NCBI GenBank assembly: GCA_951406725.2
Contig: OX597821.1
Span: forward strand, 77,314,001 to 77,378,000
Length of the DNA: 64,000 bases
Reading direction: 5' to 3'
DNA from: Octopus vulgaris
Lineage: Eukaryota
Part shown: positions 1-13,414 of the stretch, piece after piece
How positions within the stretch are numbered: the stretch's first letter is position 1
How the letters are laid out: every line of letters starts with the position of its first letter
The notes under the pieces: generated by a model
Seen by the model: the letters and a program-made list of their open reading frames with translations, nothing else
Told to the model about the DNA's origin: nothing
Database searches by the model: none
Made by a program: the position numbers and the translations under genes

Positions 1-58
1 CAGGCCGACCAGAGATTTCTGTGTGGATTTGGTAGACGGAAACTGGAAGAAGCCCATC

Positions 59-176
<118 letters not shown>

Positions 177-388
177 TTCTCTGTGTGTGTGTATTGTTAT
201 CTTCACCATCACCATTGCCATCATCATGATCCGCATCAGTTTTAATAAATTATCTTTAAATAGATACTTTTTCGGCTCACATCCACCTCCACCACCTCCA
301 CCACCACTGCACAGACTTAGTTACTCCTACAAATAAAGCATATATACTTCCATATTTACACACGGGAGTTCACTCACACAGACACACG

Positions 389-445
<57 letters not shown>

Positions 446-447
<2 letters not shown>

Positions 448-897
448 CTGTGTGGTAAGTAGCTTGCTACACCAACCACATGGTTCCGGGTTCAGTCCCA
501 CTGCGTGGCACCTTGGGCAAGTGTCTTCTACTATAGCCTCGGGCCGACCAAAGCCTTGTGAGTGGATTTGATAGACGGAAACTGAAAGAAGCCCGTCGTA
601 TATATGTATATATATGTGTGTGTGTTTGTGTGTCTGTGTGTTTGTGCTTGACAACCTGTCGTATATATGTATATATATGTGTGTGTGTTTGTGTGTCTGT
701 GTTTGTCCTCCTAGCATTGCTTGACAACCGATGCGGGTGTGTTTATGTCCCCGTCACATAGCGGTTCGGCAAAAGAGACCGATAGAATAAGTACTGGCTT
801 ACAAAGAATAAGTCCCGGGGTCGAGTTGCTCGACTAATGGCGGTGCTCCAGCATGGCCGCAGTCAAATGACTGAAACAAGTAAAAGAGTAAAAGAGT
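446..897 (+). mobile_element. SINE family A (tRNA-like head, CORE-like block, internal TA/TG microsatellite, (TAAAAGAG)n tail), near full length
   Basis: Head GGCTGTGTGGTAAGTAGC with B-box-like GGTTCAGTCCC, GGCACCTTGGGCAAGTGTC block, tail GGCGGTGCTCCAGCATGGCCGCAGTC...TAAAAGAGTAAAAGAG; more than 10 copies in the window; resembles octopus OR/OK-type SINEs from memory. Confidence 0.9.
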
Positions 898-926
898 ATA
901 TATATATATAAGAGTAATATAATTAC

Positions 927-971
<45 letters not shown>

Positions 972-1042
972 TATATATATATGTATCTATATATACATAT
1001 ATATATATGTATGTATGTATGTATGTATGCATGTATAAATAT

Positions 1043-1452
1043 ACTTTTACTCTTTTACTTGTTTCAGTTATTTGACAGCAGCCATGCTGGAGCACTGGCT
1101 TTAGTCGAGCAACTCGACCCCGGGACTTATTTTTGTAAGCCTAGTTCTTATTCTATCGAGCTCTTTTTGCCGAACCGCTAAGTTACGGGGACGTAAACAC
1201 GCCACCATCGGTTGTCAAGCGATGTTGGTGAGGGGGGCGGTCAAACACAGACACGCAAACATACATATATATAAATATATACATATATACGACGGGCGTC
1301 TTTCATTTTCCGTCTACCAAATCTACTCACAAGGCTTTGGTTGGCCTGAGGCTATAGTAGAAGATAACTGTCCAAGGTGCCACGCAGTGGGACTGAACCC
1401 GGAACCAAGTGGTTGGTAAGCAAGCTACTTATCACACAACCACTCTTGCACC
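1043..1452 (-). mobile_element. SINE family A copy, inverted relative to 446-897
   Basis: Reverse complement of the same head, body and tail. Confidence 0.9.
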
Positions 1453-1454
1453 TC

Positions 1455-1533
<79 letters not shown>

Positions 1534-1619
1534 GTGATAATTAAAAATATATGCATACATACAAACATATATGTACGTACCTACATCTACATGTATATAT
1601 ACATGGATATATAAATAAA

Positions 1620-2116
1620 TATACATAAGTACAGGACGCCACAACATGACGTAGAAATGGGAAAAACAAAAATTTAACGACAAGTACAGGACAGGCTACA
1701 CAAGGAAAATCCAAAAAATTTTTACAACAAGAAAACAAGTACAGGACAAGCTACACAAGGAAAAATCCACCGACATCAGTTGTCGCTAGTTAACTCAGGC
1801 GTGTTTCGAAGGCAAGACAGGACACTCGTTAACTAAGCCTTCCTGCGAGAGAATTAAAATAAAATTCCAAGCAGCGGGGTAAAACGGGTAAGAACACAAA
1901 CAGGATGTAACGATAAAACTACACAATAAAATTCAAGATAAAAATACATGTACAAAAAAATACAAGACGAGAAATAAAAAGGGGAATACAATACCGGAAA
2001 TGACAGAAACCTCGATATTATGTAAATAGAGGAATTTATCTGTAAATATAATGTGACAATTATTCGGTAGCCATGATAAACTCGGAGTTTTATCATAGCT
2101 CCTCAATAATTTCCAC

Positions 2117-2118
<2 letters not shown>
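1620..2118. repeat. (TA)n-flanked non-coding element, probably a Penelope-like terminal remnant
   Basis: Short direct repeats AAGTACAGGAC; GTGTTTCGAAGGC...GCCTTC resembles a decayed hammerhead half; TA tracts on both sides. Confidence 0.4.
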
Positions 2119-2157
<39 letters not shown>

Positions 2158-2162
<5 letters not shown>

Positions 2163-2654
2163 TTACATTATATAAAAGGGCTTAGTAAAATAAATTACTT
2201 TGCCGCATACTGAACTCATTAGAAATAGCAGCTAAAAAAACTTTTTAAAACTATCTCCAATACTTAAAGAAAATCTCTCTCGTATAGTGTTTGCTCGATT
2301 CAACTCACGAAAGTATGAGGGTAGAGACATTAAAAAATCAAATGCAAAGGTTATTTGAGAACGTACGTTTCAAGATTAGTCAAATCGACACTTCTATCAT
2401 CAGCTGATGATAGAAGTGTCGATTTGACTAATCTTGAAACGTACGTTCTCAAATAACCTTTGCATTTGATTTTTTAATGTCTCTACCCTCATACTTTCGT
2501 GAGTTGAATCGAGCAAACACTATACGAGAGAGATTTTCTTGCTTTAAGTATTGGAGATAGTTTTAAAAAAGTTTTTTTAGCTGCTATTTCTAATGAGTTC
2601 AGTATGCGGCAAAGTAATTTATTTTACTAAGCCCTTTTATATAATGTAATAATT
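2158..2654. repeat. Spacer-less ~500 bp palindrome (arms ~246 and ~251 bp) centred on CATCAG|CTGATG
   Basis: Arms are near-perfect reverse complements with small indels; centre at 2403/2404; hammerhead core CTGATGA 2404-2410 ... GAAAC-GTAC-GTT 2436-2447 is present on both strands. Confidence 0.95.
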
Positions 2655-2735
2655 TGAATTCGCCTTAAATGGTCCCTTTGTATACTGAATACTTGGTGAA
2701 ATTGATTAATTAATTAATTTTACCCTCAATTGTTG

Positions 2736-2774
<39 letters not shown>

Positions 2775-2785
2775 TATATATATAT

Positions 2786-3015
2786 TTTTCTTTATTGCCC
2801 ACAAGGGGCTAAGCATAGAAGGGACAAACAAGGACAGACGAACGGATTAAGTTGATCGCATGGACCCCAGTGCGAAACTGGTACTTTATTTATCGACCCC
2901 GAAAGGATGAAAGGCAAAGTCGACCTCGGCGGAATTTGAACTCAGAACTTAACGACAGACGAAATACCGCTAAGCATTTCGCCCGGCGCGCTAACGTTTC
3001 TGTCAGCTCGCCGCC
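2786..3015 (-). mobile_element. SINE family B, full length, with target-site duplication
   Basis: Minus-strand head GGCGGCGAGCTG...GAGTTCAAATTCCGCCGAGGTCGACTTTGCCTTTCATCC; ATATGTCTATATATATA repeated on both flanks. Confidence 0.9.
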
Positions 3016-3034
3016 TTAATATGTCTATATATAT

Positions 3035-3065
<31 letters not shown>

Positions 3066-4418
3066 AGGAGGTAACCAAAAGAAATCGGAATTTTGCAGTC
3101 TAATTTCATTCATTTTGTTTTGCATGTTTACACTTTTATCATCTTCAAATTATTCTCCATTCAAAGCAATGCATCTGTCCAGACGCCTTTTCCACTTTTC
3201 GGAGCAGTGCTGTAACTCTTGCGAATTGATACCTTTTAAAGCCTCCGTCGTTTTTTACTTTTCTTCGTCTCTTCCACATCTGCAAAAACCGTAGCACCAG
3301 CTTTCGTCACCATTGATAACCTTCAAAAAAAGGCCATGAATACTTCTGACTGCTTCTCTCAGTTCACGATGCGCATTCAGTCGTGACTGCTTTTGATCTT
3401 CCGTGAGCAAGCGGGGCATAGATTTTGTTACAACTCTTTTCATTCGCAATTCCTCGCTCAAAATTCGTTGGCAGAAGCTTCAGGGTATACCAGTCGTATC
3501 AACAAGTTCCTCAGTAGGAGTGGCTGTGTGGTAAGTAGCTTGCTTACCAACCACATGGTTCCGAGTTCAGTCCCACGGCGTGACACCTTGGGCAAGTGTC
3601 TTCTACTATAGCCTCGGGCCGACCAGAGCCTTGTGAGTAGATTTGGTAGACGGAAACTGAAAGAAGTACATCGTATATATGTATATAATGTATGTATGTA
3701 TGTATGTATGTATGTATGTATGTATGTATGTATGTATGTATGTATGTATGTATGTGTGTGTATATGTTTGTGTGTCTGTGTTTGTCCCCCCAACATCGCT
3801 TGACAACCGATGCTGGTGTGTTTACGTCCCCGTAACTTAGCGGTTCGGCAAAAGGGGCCCGATAGAATAAGTACTAGGCTAACGAAGAATAAGTATTGGG
3901 GTCGATTTGATCGACTAAAGGCGGTGCTCCAGCATGGCCACAGTCAAACGACTGAAACAAGTAAAAGAGTGAAAGAATTGTTCAGCGCCGGTTCTACAAG
4001 ATGAATTTTTGTGATGTTTTCATTCGTTCGGGAGGTCGACAGTCGCCCTGAACGAGGTTGGTCTTCAAGCGTAAGTGACCATTCATAAAGCGTGGAAACC
4101 ACTCGTAAACTCGTGTTTTGCTCGTGGTAGCGTGTTTGTAAGCTGTTTGAAGCATGACAGCCGTTTCATCCGCCGTTTTCCCCACCAGAAAACGGAAATT
4201 CACGGAAGCCCATGGTTCTGTCATTTCAGTCATCGCAAAAATATCGATGAACAGGGCAGAAGCACTGCAAAACAAATATGCACCAGTGGCAGTACGACAC
4301 CGCTCGGCGACACCAATGGTCAGACTGATGCCAGAGGGTCGCATCAAGTGACTTCTGGTGTGGAAGCTTGAACTACAACGAGTTTGTCCCACAGAGAATG
4401 TTTCCGGTTACTTTTGAG

Positions 4419-4422
<4 letters not shown>
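3066..4422 (-). mobile_element. Decayed mariner DNA transposon (internally deleted), split by a SINE
   Basis: N-terminal HTH (GKTADETAVMLQTAY...RVYEWFPRF), MPRLLT and NGDESW motifs; reading frame resumes across the SINE; degenerate TIR-like ends (GTAACCAAAAGAAATCGGAA / TTCCGGTTACTTTTGAGTA). Confidence 0.85.
3574..3976 (+). mobile_element. SINE family A inserted in the mariner
   Basis: Full head-to-tail match to family A; internal tract here is (TATG)n. Confidence 0.9.
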
Positions 4423-4447
<25 letters not shown>

Positions 4448-4451
<4 letters not shown>

Positions 4452-4623
4452 ACGACGGGTGACGGGTTCTTCCACTTTTCGCCTGCCAAATCCTCTAACA
4501 AGCTTTGGTTGGCCCAAAGCTATCGTAGAAGACACTTGCCGAAGGTCCCACGTAGTAGGACTGAACTCTCAGAACCATGTGATTAGGAAGAAAACTTCTG
4601 GCCACACAGCCACGCCTGCGCCT
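4448..4623 (-). mobile_element. SINE family A, diverged 5' half
   Basis: CACACAGCCACGCCTGCGCC head (reverse complement) and AGAAGACACTTGCC. Confidence 0.75.
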
Positions 4624-5480
4624 ATGTATCCATAGAATTGCAATTATGTTCAAGCAACTGTAGAGAAGGGAAACAAGACGCTTGGGCGCTGCTGTCTGGA
4701 TCCTGACGATGTGGCGCAGCAGACTGGATATTCAACTTTTTGGGGGTGGCAGTACTTTTTAGTACTGGGAGCAAACAGACACACACGCTCACACAGAAAT
4801 AAACACGCACGCACAGAAATATACACATACAGATAGCAAGAGCGTGTGAGAGAGAGAGATTATGATTTATCAATTGAATACTACAGGCAAAAACACTTTT
4901 CCTTGTACACATAAAATGTGAAAGGACGAGCAGGAATCTCGTAGATTGTAAATAAAACAGCGGGAGACGGCGGGAGTGAGTGATGTGTATTTCCTGAGAA
5001 GAATTATGAATTCTAGTCTTCAGCATGAAGGCCCATGATCGCTGATGCCTGTAGGCATTGCACAAGGAAGATATGTAGTGCACACACGAGAGAGAGAGAG
5101 GGGGCAGAGACAGAGACAGAGAGACAGAAAGACAGACAGAGACATAGTCAGAGAGGAAGGGGGAGAGAGAAGGATAAAGGGGAAGGGGGAGAATGTAAAG
5201 GAGAAGAATAGTTTGACCGAACGAGCAATAATGCTTGGGAACAAAAAAAAACTGAAGACATGACAACACCTTATCAAAAACATTTTTACATTCTTCAAGT
5301 CTGAGTATGAACGAAAGTACAATAATAGATTATCTGACATGAGGATTAACGGCAGCAAATGGAGCGTTAGTTTGATCGAGTATTTACTACAGACGAAGAA
5401 CTTATTTGGTGATTTGAGAAAAAAAACAAGGCACATCATCATCATCATCACCATCATCATCACCATCATCATCCTCATCA

Positions 5481-5645
5481 TTTAACGTCCGCTTTCCATG
5501 CTAGCATGGGTTGGACGATTTGACTGAGGTCTGGCAAACCAGATGGCTGCACCAGGCTCCAATCTTGATCTGGCAGTTTCTACAGCTGGATGCCCTTCCT
5601 AATGCCAACCACTCCGAGAGTGTAGTGGGTGCTTTTACGTGCCAC
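5481..5645 (-). mobile_element. 3' part of a SINE/LINE ending in (ATG)n
   Basis: GGATGCCCTTCCTAATGCCAACC motif, common in SINE bodies; abuts a (CAT)n tract. Confidence 0.55.
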
Positions 5646-5743
5646 TCTGACCATGAATAAATCGTACTTTATCTCCTGTCTTTCTCATATTCATTTAATA
5701 CTGTAGCACCTCGGTTTACGAACGCCTAGGATCCCCAAAACGT

Positions 5744-5784
<41 letters not shown>

Positions 5785-5856
5785 ATCCAAACAAGAAAAC
5801 ACAGAAAAAAAACACAGCAACGCGAGGACGTGGAAAATTTAAAGTATTATTTGACG

Positions 5857-5902
<46 letters not shown>

Positions 5903-5977
5903 AAGCACGATTTATTCGTGATAAGAGTTGTTCGAAAACCGAGGTACAACTGTATATATATATATATATATATATGT

Positions 5978-6044
<67 letters not shown>

Positions 6045-6840
6045 GAAAGAAAACAAATGTAAGAGTCACAGAAAGTTTGTATATTAAAGTTTATGGTGAT
6101 ATTAGGATTATATTGCATCATTACAAATTAAATAAATACCGGTTTCACGATCAACGATTGTCAACTGATATAGAGAAAACTTTTTTGCTGTCAATAAGAC
6201 GCCATCTTTGAAAAAATGTAAACAGAGATGAAGCAATATGTCAAGGGGAGCAACTCTAATTTTTTCATGAAGCTCTTACAGCAAGCATACAGTTGCAGGA
6301 GTTATTTCATTTTATACACAGTTAATTATATTACCGTACTAGGTTTTAAAGATTAAGCAGTAATGCGTGAATGAGTGTATATGCATATATTCTATGCTTT
6401 AACATCTCATTTTCTCTCTTGCAAAATATATATGTATATACATGCATATATATACATACACGCTTAAGTATGAACAGTAATTTATACCTAAAAAATGTGG
6501 TTGGCATACATATATAGCATTTTGGTATATGCTAAATTTCCATAATTGAATAAAATAAATCAGTCCGATAGAAAATGAAAATGAACGATAAAGCAATTTC
6601 CAACGAATACTTCCAATGAATACTTTCATCGTAAGAGTCATGTCGGACCTCTCATGACTTGGGTTTGAATATGAATGGGTGGCCAAGAGTCAAGTAATTA
6701 AGTGACAATTAGTAATACAATTAAGATGAATTGGTGTTAAGTTCAGGTTTGTATTTTTGGATGAAATATGTCTCTTTATTGAGTCGGGTTTGTGTAGAAG
6801 TCTAGTCAGCATATTTATATAGAAGGGAAATAGTGAATTG

Positions 6841-6885
<45 letters not shown>

Positions 6886-6903
6886 ATACATACACACACA
6901 CAC

Positions 6904-6957
<54 letters not shown>

Positions 6958-6959
6958 GG

Positions 6960-7292
6960 ATGTGTATTTTACCTTGTTAACAATTAACACGGAAAAAATA
7001 GATAAATAGTTACCAGGGTAGCAAAAAATCACACAAGTAAAGAGGGTGTAACTCCTTGTTTTTAAAGTTAGAAACTTCAGGTTTACGTGGAATTTTTTGT
7101 ATAATATATAAATATATAAATGGAGTTTAACGCAGGTATAATTTAAATACTTTTACTTCCCACACATGTTTCGAAGATATCACTGATAATATTCCAAAGG
7201 AATAAATGATGTAAAAAAAATATCAGTGATATCTTTGAAACATGTGTCGGAAGTAAAAGTATTTGAATTATACCTACGTTAAACTCCATTTA
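6960..7292 (-). mobile_element. Penelope-like terminal remnant with a 72-bp inverted repeat (7117-7188 / 7221-7292)
   Basis: Both arms carry the hammerhead 3' half (GAAAC-ATGT-GTC at 7237-7248); homologous by eye to 11128-11370 and 51831-52110; TA flanks. Confidence 0.75.
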
Positions 7293-7352
7293 TTTATATA
7301 CATATATACACACACACATATATATATGTGTGTTTATATGTATGTATATATT

Positions 7353-7411
<59 letters not shown>

Positions 7412-7439
7412 CTCAGCTTTTAATTATTTGAATTCACCC

Positions 7440-7733
7440 TCTGAAGAAGGAGCTGGTCTCTAACAAAGATACAAGGCTCCATCGTTGGAATACAGATACA
7501 CAAAAAGAATGTCACACTTTAAACTCAGGAAAAGTCTTGTATATTTTTACTGTTCCACTTACAAATTATATTTGTAAAGTGCGAGTTAATTGGCTGATTT
7601 CTTTCCCTGAGAATCCAGGTTTAATCCAGTCTGTCATTCAGGCATTTATTCTAAAAACCAAGTACACCAAGTATTATTCGTATGAATATAAATTTATAAT
7701 CTGGATATAGAAGCTGGCGGTTTCGAAGCAATT
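7440..7733 (-). mobile_element. 3' end of an RLE-type non-LTR retrotransposon next to (TATG)n
   Basis: Peptide QLLRNRQLLYPDYKFIFIRIILGVLGF resembles an RLE C-terminus; 3' UTR shared with 8330-8420. Confidence 0.6.
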
Positions 7734-7800
7734 GTATGTATGTATGTATGTATGTATGTATGTATGTATGTATGTATGTATGTATGTATGTATGTATGTA

Positions 7801-7836
<36 letters not shown>

Positions 7837-8470
7837 TGTATGTATGTATGTATGTACGCATGTATGTATGTATGTATGTATGTATGTATGTATGTATTGT
7901 GCATGTATGTATGTGTGTATGTACGCATGTATGTATGTATGTATGTATGTATGTATTGTGTATGTATGTATGTATGTATGTATGTGCGTATGTATGTATG
8001 TGTGTGTATGTATGTATGTATGTGTGTATGTATTTATGCATGCATGCATGTATGTATGCTTGAATGTATGTATGTATGTTTGTATGTATGTTTGTATGTA
8101 TATATGTATGTTTGTATGTATGTATGTATGTATGTATGTATGTATGTATGTTTGTATGTATGTATGTATGTATGTATGTTTGTATGTATGTATGCATGTA
8201 TGTATGCATGTATGTATGTCTGTACTTACGTGTGTATGTATGTATGCATGTATGCATGTATGTATGTATGAATGCATGTATGTATGTATATATGTTTGTT
8301 TGTATGTATATCATTGTTCAGTTTTATTGTAAGGTTTCTTGCCAATAGAGAAAGAGCTGGTTTCTAACCTAGATAAAAGGTTTCTTCATTGGAATTTCAA
8401 AATCAGCAACAGGGTATTTCTGTTTGTATCTATGTATATATGTACGTATATATGTACGTATGTATCTATG

Positions 8471-8504
<34 letters not shown>

Positions 8505-9310
8505 TGTATGTATGTATGTATGTATGTATGTATGTATGTATGTATGTGTGTGTGTGTGTGTGTATGTGTGTATGTATGTATGTATGTATGTACGTACGTA
8601 TGTATGTATGTATGTATGTATGTATGTATGTATGTATGTATGTATGTATGTACGCATGCATGTATGTATGCATGCATGCATGTATGTATGTATGTATGTA
8701 TGTATGTATGTATGTATGTATGTATGTATGTATGTAGCCTTCGCATGAGCTTTCTCCTTTCTGGTTTTGAGAAGTCAAACTTCTCAAGATTGGTATTTAG
8801 GCAGAGTGTTATATATCCCAGGGCCCCAATAATTACAGATATATTACCTAAACTTGTAATCTGGGTATAGTATGTATGTATGTATGTGTGTATATATGTA
8901 TGTATGTATGTATGTATGTGTGCATGTACGCATGTATGTATGTATGTGTGTTTTGTGTATGTATGTGTGTATGTATTTATGTATGTATGTATGTGTGTAT
9001 GTATGTATGTATGTATGTATGTATGTGTGTGTATGTATGTATGTATGTATGTATGTATGTATGTATGTGTGTATATACGCATGTATGTATGTATGTGTGT
9101 TTTGTGTATGTATGTATGTGTGTATGTATGTATGTATGTATGTGTGTATGTATGTATGTATGTATGTATGTATGTATGTATGTATGCATGTATGTATGCA
9201 TGTATGGATGTATGTATGTATGTATGTATGTATGGATGGATGGATGGATGGATGGATGGATGGATGGATGGATGGATGGATGGATGGAAGGTACGTGTGT
9301 GTGTGTGTGT
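7734..9310. repeat. Large (TATG)n/(TGGA)n microsatellite field interleaved with RLE fragments
   Basis: Direct inspection. Confidence 0.95.
8310..8870 (-). mobile_element. Second fragments of the (TATG)n-associated RLE family (UTR 8310-8420; coding 8736-8870)
   Basis: LYPDYKFR and ISVIIGALGYITLCL peptides (IIGALG is an RLE motif); AGAGCTGGTTTCTAAC shared with 7450. Confidence 0.6.
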
Positions 9311-10164
9311 GAGTAAGGGGTATATAAACACCAACGACTACCCTCAATGGTAATGTTATGGTTTCAAGCGATTTTATAACATCAATGTGAAAAAAGAATC
9401 ACACTAGCTATAAGAAACAAGGTTATTGTTATGTGCGAGGAAAAGGACAAATTTTGAGGGGCAAGAGAGGGGGAGTGTTTGTGTGTGAGTGTGTGTGTGT
9501 GTGTCAGTGTGTCTGTGTGTCAGTGTGTCTGTGTGTCTGTGTGCGTGTCTGTCTATGTGTGTTTGAGTAGTTGTGTGTTTGCGTATATGCATATACAAAT
9601 CTGTGTGTGTGTGTGTGTATGTGAATGTCTATGCTTATGCTCCTAATTGTGTATGCGTGTGATTGTATGTCGCTGCGTATAGGCGTGTGTGTGAGGGGGA
9701 GGGACGTGGGTGCAGGGCATTGTGTATAGTTGCATATATACACATATGGGCGTGTAGATATCATATACAGAGACAAATAGATGTGAGTGTATGTGTGTGT
9801 GTGAGACTGGTTGTTCTTGTGACCGTGTTTGAATATATATACTTTAGTGCGTGTTTGTGTGTGTGTATATAAAAATGTGTTTGTATGAGTGTGTGTCTGT
9901 GTATTTATATATATACATACATGTATGTGTATATATATACATATATATGTATATATGTACTATATGTATATATATATATATATATGTATGTATGCATATG
10001 TATTATATGTATATAAGTGTGTGTATGTATATATGTGTATGCATGTATTATATGAATATATATATATGTGTGTGTATACATATATGTATATATATATATA
10101 TGTATATGTATATATATAAGTCTGTGTGTATATATTTATATGTATATATGTATATGTAAATATG

Positions 10165-10199
<35 letters not shown>

Positions 10200-10604
10200 G
10201 TGCATGCATGTATATGTGTTGATAGGTTTACCCGTATCTGCGTATATATCACATTTGTCTCGCACAGTTTTCGTCTCACCAAGTCGTGCATTCTTGCCAT
10301 ATTCTCTCGAGTAAGGTTAGAACAACTAGGCCTCTCGAGATGCCGTACGCTGAAGGGTGCCGCAAACATACATTGAAGTGTAGGGCTTTCGCTTTGTTTT
10401 TTGCTTGTTCGTCTTCGTTATATAATTTGGAATAGCGAAAAAGCAATGAGAAGCAATGAGAGATATCCACTTCACCCGGGGAGATGACATCTGTCATAAA
10501 AATATAGTTCATTCGTAACGAAATTGACTTTCAATTGAAAAGATATGTCAATCGTTTATTGCTGCCGTGACTTCTCAGATACACACACACACACACACAC
10601 ACAC

Positions 10605-10669
<65 letters not shown>

Positions 10670-10711
10670 CATACATACATACATACATACATACTTATAT
10701 ATATATATATA

Positions 10712-11364
10712 TATTGGTGAATTGAAGAAATGGAGCTGAACGCAGATTGAACAGAAATCGTTTTATTTCATTCTACACGTGTTTCGAAAGGCAGTATACA
10801 CACACACACGTCTCTAAGTAGATTTTTTCTCGCCCCTTATAAAACATCCAATATTCCTTAAATAGTCAGAACTTTATTCTCGGTCACAAAGAACATCTAC
10901 GCCCCCTCACCCACATGATTGACCGATGCCTGACCCGTTGAATTCTTCAGCCACCGGTTCTCAACATACACTGATAAACAGTTTCGCCATGGGCTCTTAG
11001 GAGCATAGTTCGATTTGTTTTTGCTCCGCCTCTGTTCTGTTTTTGTTTTTCCAACGGATTTCCTATTTTCTTCCTGAAGAGAAAGACACAATATGGTCCC
11101 ATTATTCCATCGGATTTTGGTAATTTGTGCCTTTCGAAACACGTGTAGAATGAAATAAAACGATTTCTGTTCAATCTGCGTTCAGCTCCATTTCTTCAAT
11201 TCACCAATAATGTTCTAATTTCAATTATCCGCACCAACGCACGGTTGCAACACCATATGGTTGTACCTCCAACCGTGCTGTTTTACTGCTGTGATTTTTG
11301 CTACTAAGGTATCGGTTAAACTTTTGATTAATCTACTACAAGATTATTCATCTTTCTATTTCAC

Positions 11365-11370
<6 letters not shown>
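10712..11370 (+). mobile_element. Penelope-like pseudo-LTR remnant with an upstream inverted partial copy
   Basis: 82-bp inverted repeat 10712-10793 / 11128-11209; contains a hammerhead; TA tracts on both sides. Confidence 0.8.
11071..11150 (+). ncRNA. Hammerhead ribozyme, type I, with extended stem II
   Basis: ttc-CTGAAGA-GAAAGaCACAA...TTGTGcCTTTC-GAAAC-ACGT-GTA-gaa; predicted cleavage after 11147. Confidence 0.8.
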
Positions 11371-11412
<42 letters not shown>

Positions 11413-11653
11413 CGTATACGTATATGTATGTATATGTATATGTAATGTGTGTGTACATATATATATATACATATGCATATATATATATATATGTGTATGT
11501 ATATATATATTTGTGTTTGTGTTTTCCAGTTTCAGCTATATATATTATTTTATTCTTTTGTTTCAGTTATTTGACTGCGCCCATCATGGAGCACCGCCTT
11601 TAAGAAACTGGTTTATATGTGTGTGCATGTGTGTGTGTGTGTGTAGATAGATT

Positions 11654-11734
<81 letters not shown>

Positions 11735-12069
11735 GTAAAGATAAGTAGATAGACAGACAGACAGATAAATAGATAGATAGTTATCGGTAAATATAAATAA
11801 ATAAATACAGACCGGTCGATAAATAAAGTAACCGATCAGGAATGTGCATTGCAAAATTGAGATGATTGGTAATATTAGATTCTCTTTATGTGTTCAAATT
11901 CAAACTTTGTCTTCACTAACCAAAAGAACCGGTATCTCAGAAGCTAGTAAAATCGGTGAGATATTTTGGAAGTTGGTGCCCAAGCTTTTTCAGCTTGTCG
12001 TTCTCAAAAGCGGCTCACCAGCTGAGAATCCATGGGAACTCTTAATTCATGCGCGTCTACAGAAAGAGA

Positions 12070-12131
<62 letters not shown>

Positions 12132-12200
12132 ACATACATGCGTACATTATTAATGTCGAACGAATAAGGAATGCTCAATATATAGTTTCTTTTCATTAAA

Positions 12201-12315
12201 ACTGAAGCTGAGAGCTTGTCTCAGAGTCGAGTTTCATGCCATCAGGCGAAACGCTTTTGCCTGATGATAGCATTGGCGTGAAACTCGATCGTCAGACAAA
12301 CTCTCAGCTTCAGGT
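12201..12315 (+). repeat. Small fold-back with a degenerate hammerhead
   Basis: CTGAAGCTGAGAG...CTCTCAGCTTCAG arms; CTGATGA 12261-12267, GAAAC-TCGATC-GTC 12280-12293; stems I and II damaged. Confidence 0.6.
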
Positions 12316-12717
12316 CTAACATAATACACACACACACACACACACATAAACACACATAGACACACACGCATAAGTGTGTATGCATATATATACGTATCTG
12401 TCTGCGTGCACGTGTGTGTGTGTACTTTATACAATGAATATATACATATATACATGGTAAATTTTAAATTTATTAAAAAGCCATACCGGTTTCCACATCT
12501 TTGTTATTCAGTGACAAATATAACATAAAACAAGATAAATGCCTAAAAGAAAGACAATGCACCAGAAAGTTTCATAGCGTTAAAATATGCTAAAAAATCA
12601 AGCATTCAAAAGGTTTCATAGCAAATTCACATGATTAAAATTCAAATATTCAATAAGTTTCACAACGAAGGAAATGTGAAAGTTCAAATGCTCGATAAAT
12701 TTCCTAGCAATAATAAT

Positions 12718-12748
<31 letters not shown>

Positions 12749-12809
12749 GATAATAATAATAATAATAATAATGATGATGATGATGATGATGATGATGATA
12801 ATAATAATG

Positions 12810-13194
12810 GATGGAAGCACTCCGTCGGTTGCGACGACGAGGGTTCCGGTTGATCCGAATCAACGGAACAGCCTGCTCGTGAAATTAACGTGTAAGTGGC
12901 TGAGCACTCCACAAACACGTGTCCCTTAATGTAGTTCTCGGGGATATTCAGCGTGACACAGAGAGTGACAAGGCCGGCCCTTTGAAATACAGGTACAACA
13001 GAAACAGGAAGTAAGAGTGAGAGAAAGTTGTGGTGAAAGAGTACAGCAGGGATCACCACCATCCCTTGCCGGAGCCTCGTGGAGCTTTAGGTGTTTTCGC
13101 TCAATAAACACTCACAACGCTCGGTCTGGGAATCGAAACCGCGATCCTATGACCGCGAGTTCGCTGCCCTAACCACTGGGCCATTGCGCCTCCA
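12810..13194 (-). mobile_element. SINE family C (tRNA-derived head), full length
   Basis: Minus-strand head GGAGGCGCAATGGCCCAGTGGTTAGGG...TTCGATTCCC; 3' block GTGGAGTGCTCAGCCACTTACACGTTAATTTCACGAGC shared with 15650, 20800 and 33150. Confidence 0.85.
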
Positions 13195-13201
13195 CGATAA
13201 C

Positions 13202-13250
<49 letters not shown>

Positions 13251-13370
13251 TGTTAGCTTCGTTGATTCCAATGTTATACGTTATGTTAGCAATTAGATAT
13301 AAGTTTTTTTTAACAAAAAGTTTTGTACAAGTTCTGTCGTGTTGCATGAGGGAGAATTGTTCGTAATTTG

Positions 13371-13414
<44 letters not shown>

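Noticed and set aside
558-795. Recurrent SINE-derived ORFs (e.g. HSQGFGRPEAIVEDTCPRCHAVG)
   Set aside because: The peptide recurs only because the non-coding SINE recurs, and frames differ between copies
7651-9353. Long ORFs of YIHT/MYVC repeats, and similar YIYI, poly-N/I/L/D/S ORFs throughout the window
   Set aside because: Translations of stop-free microsatellites with no coding complexity
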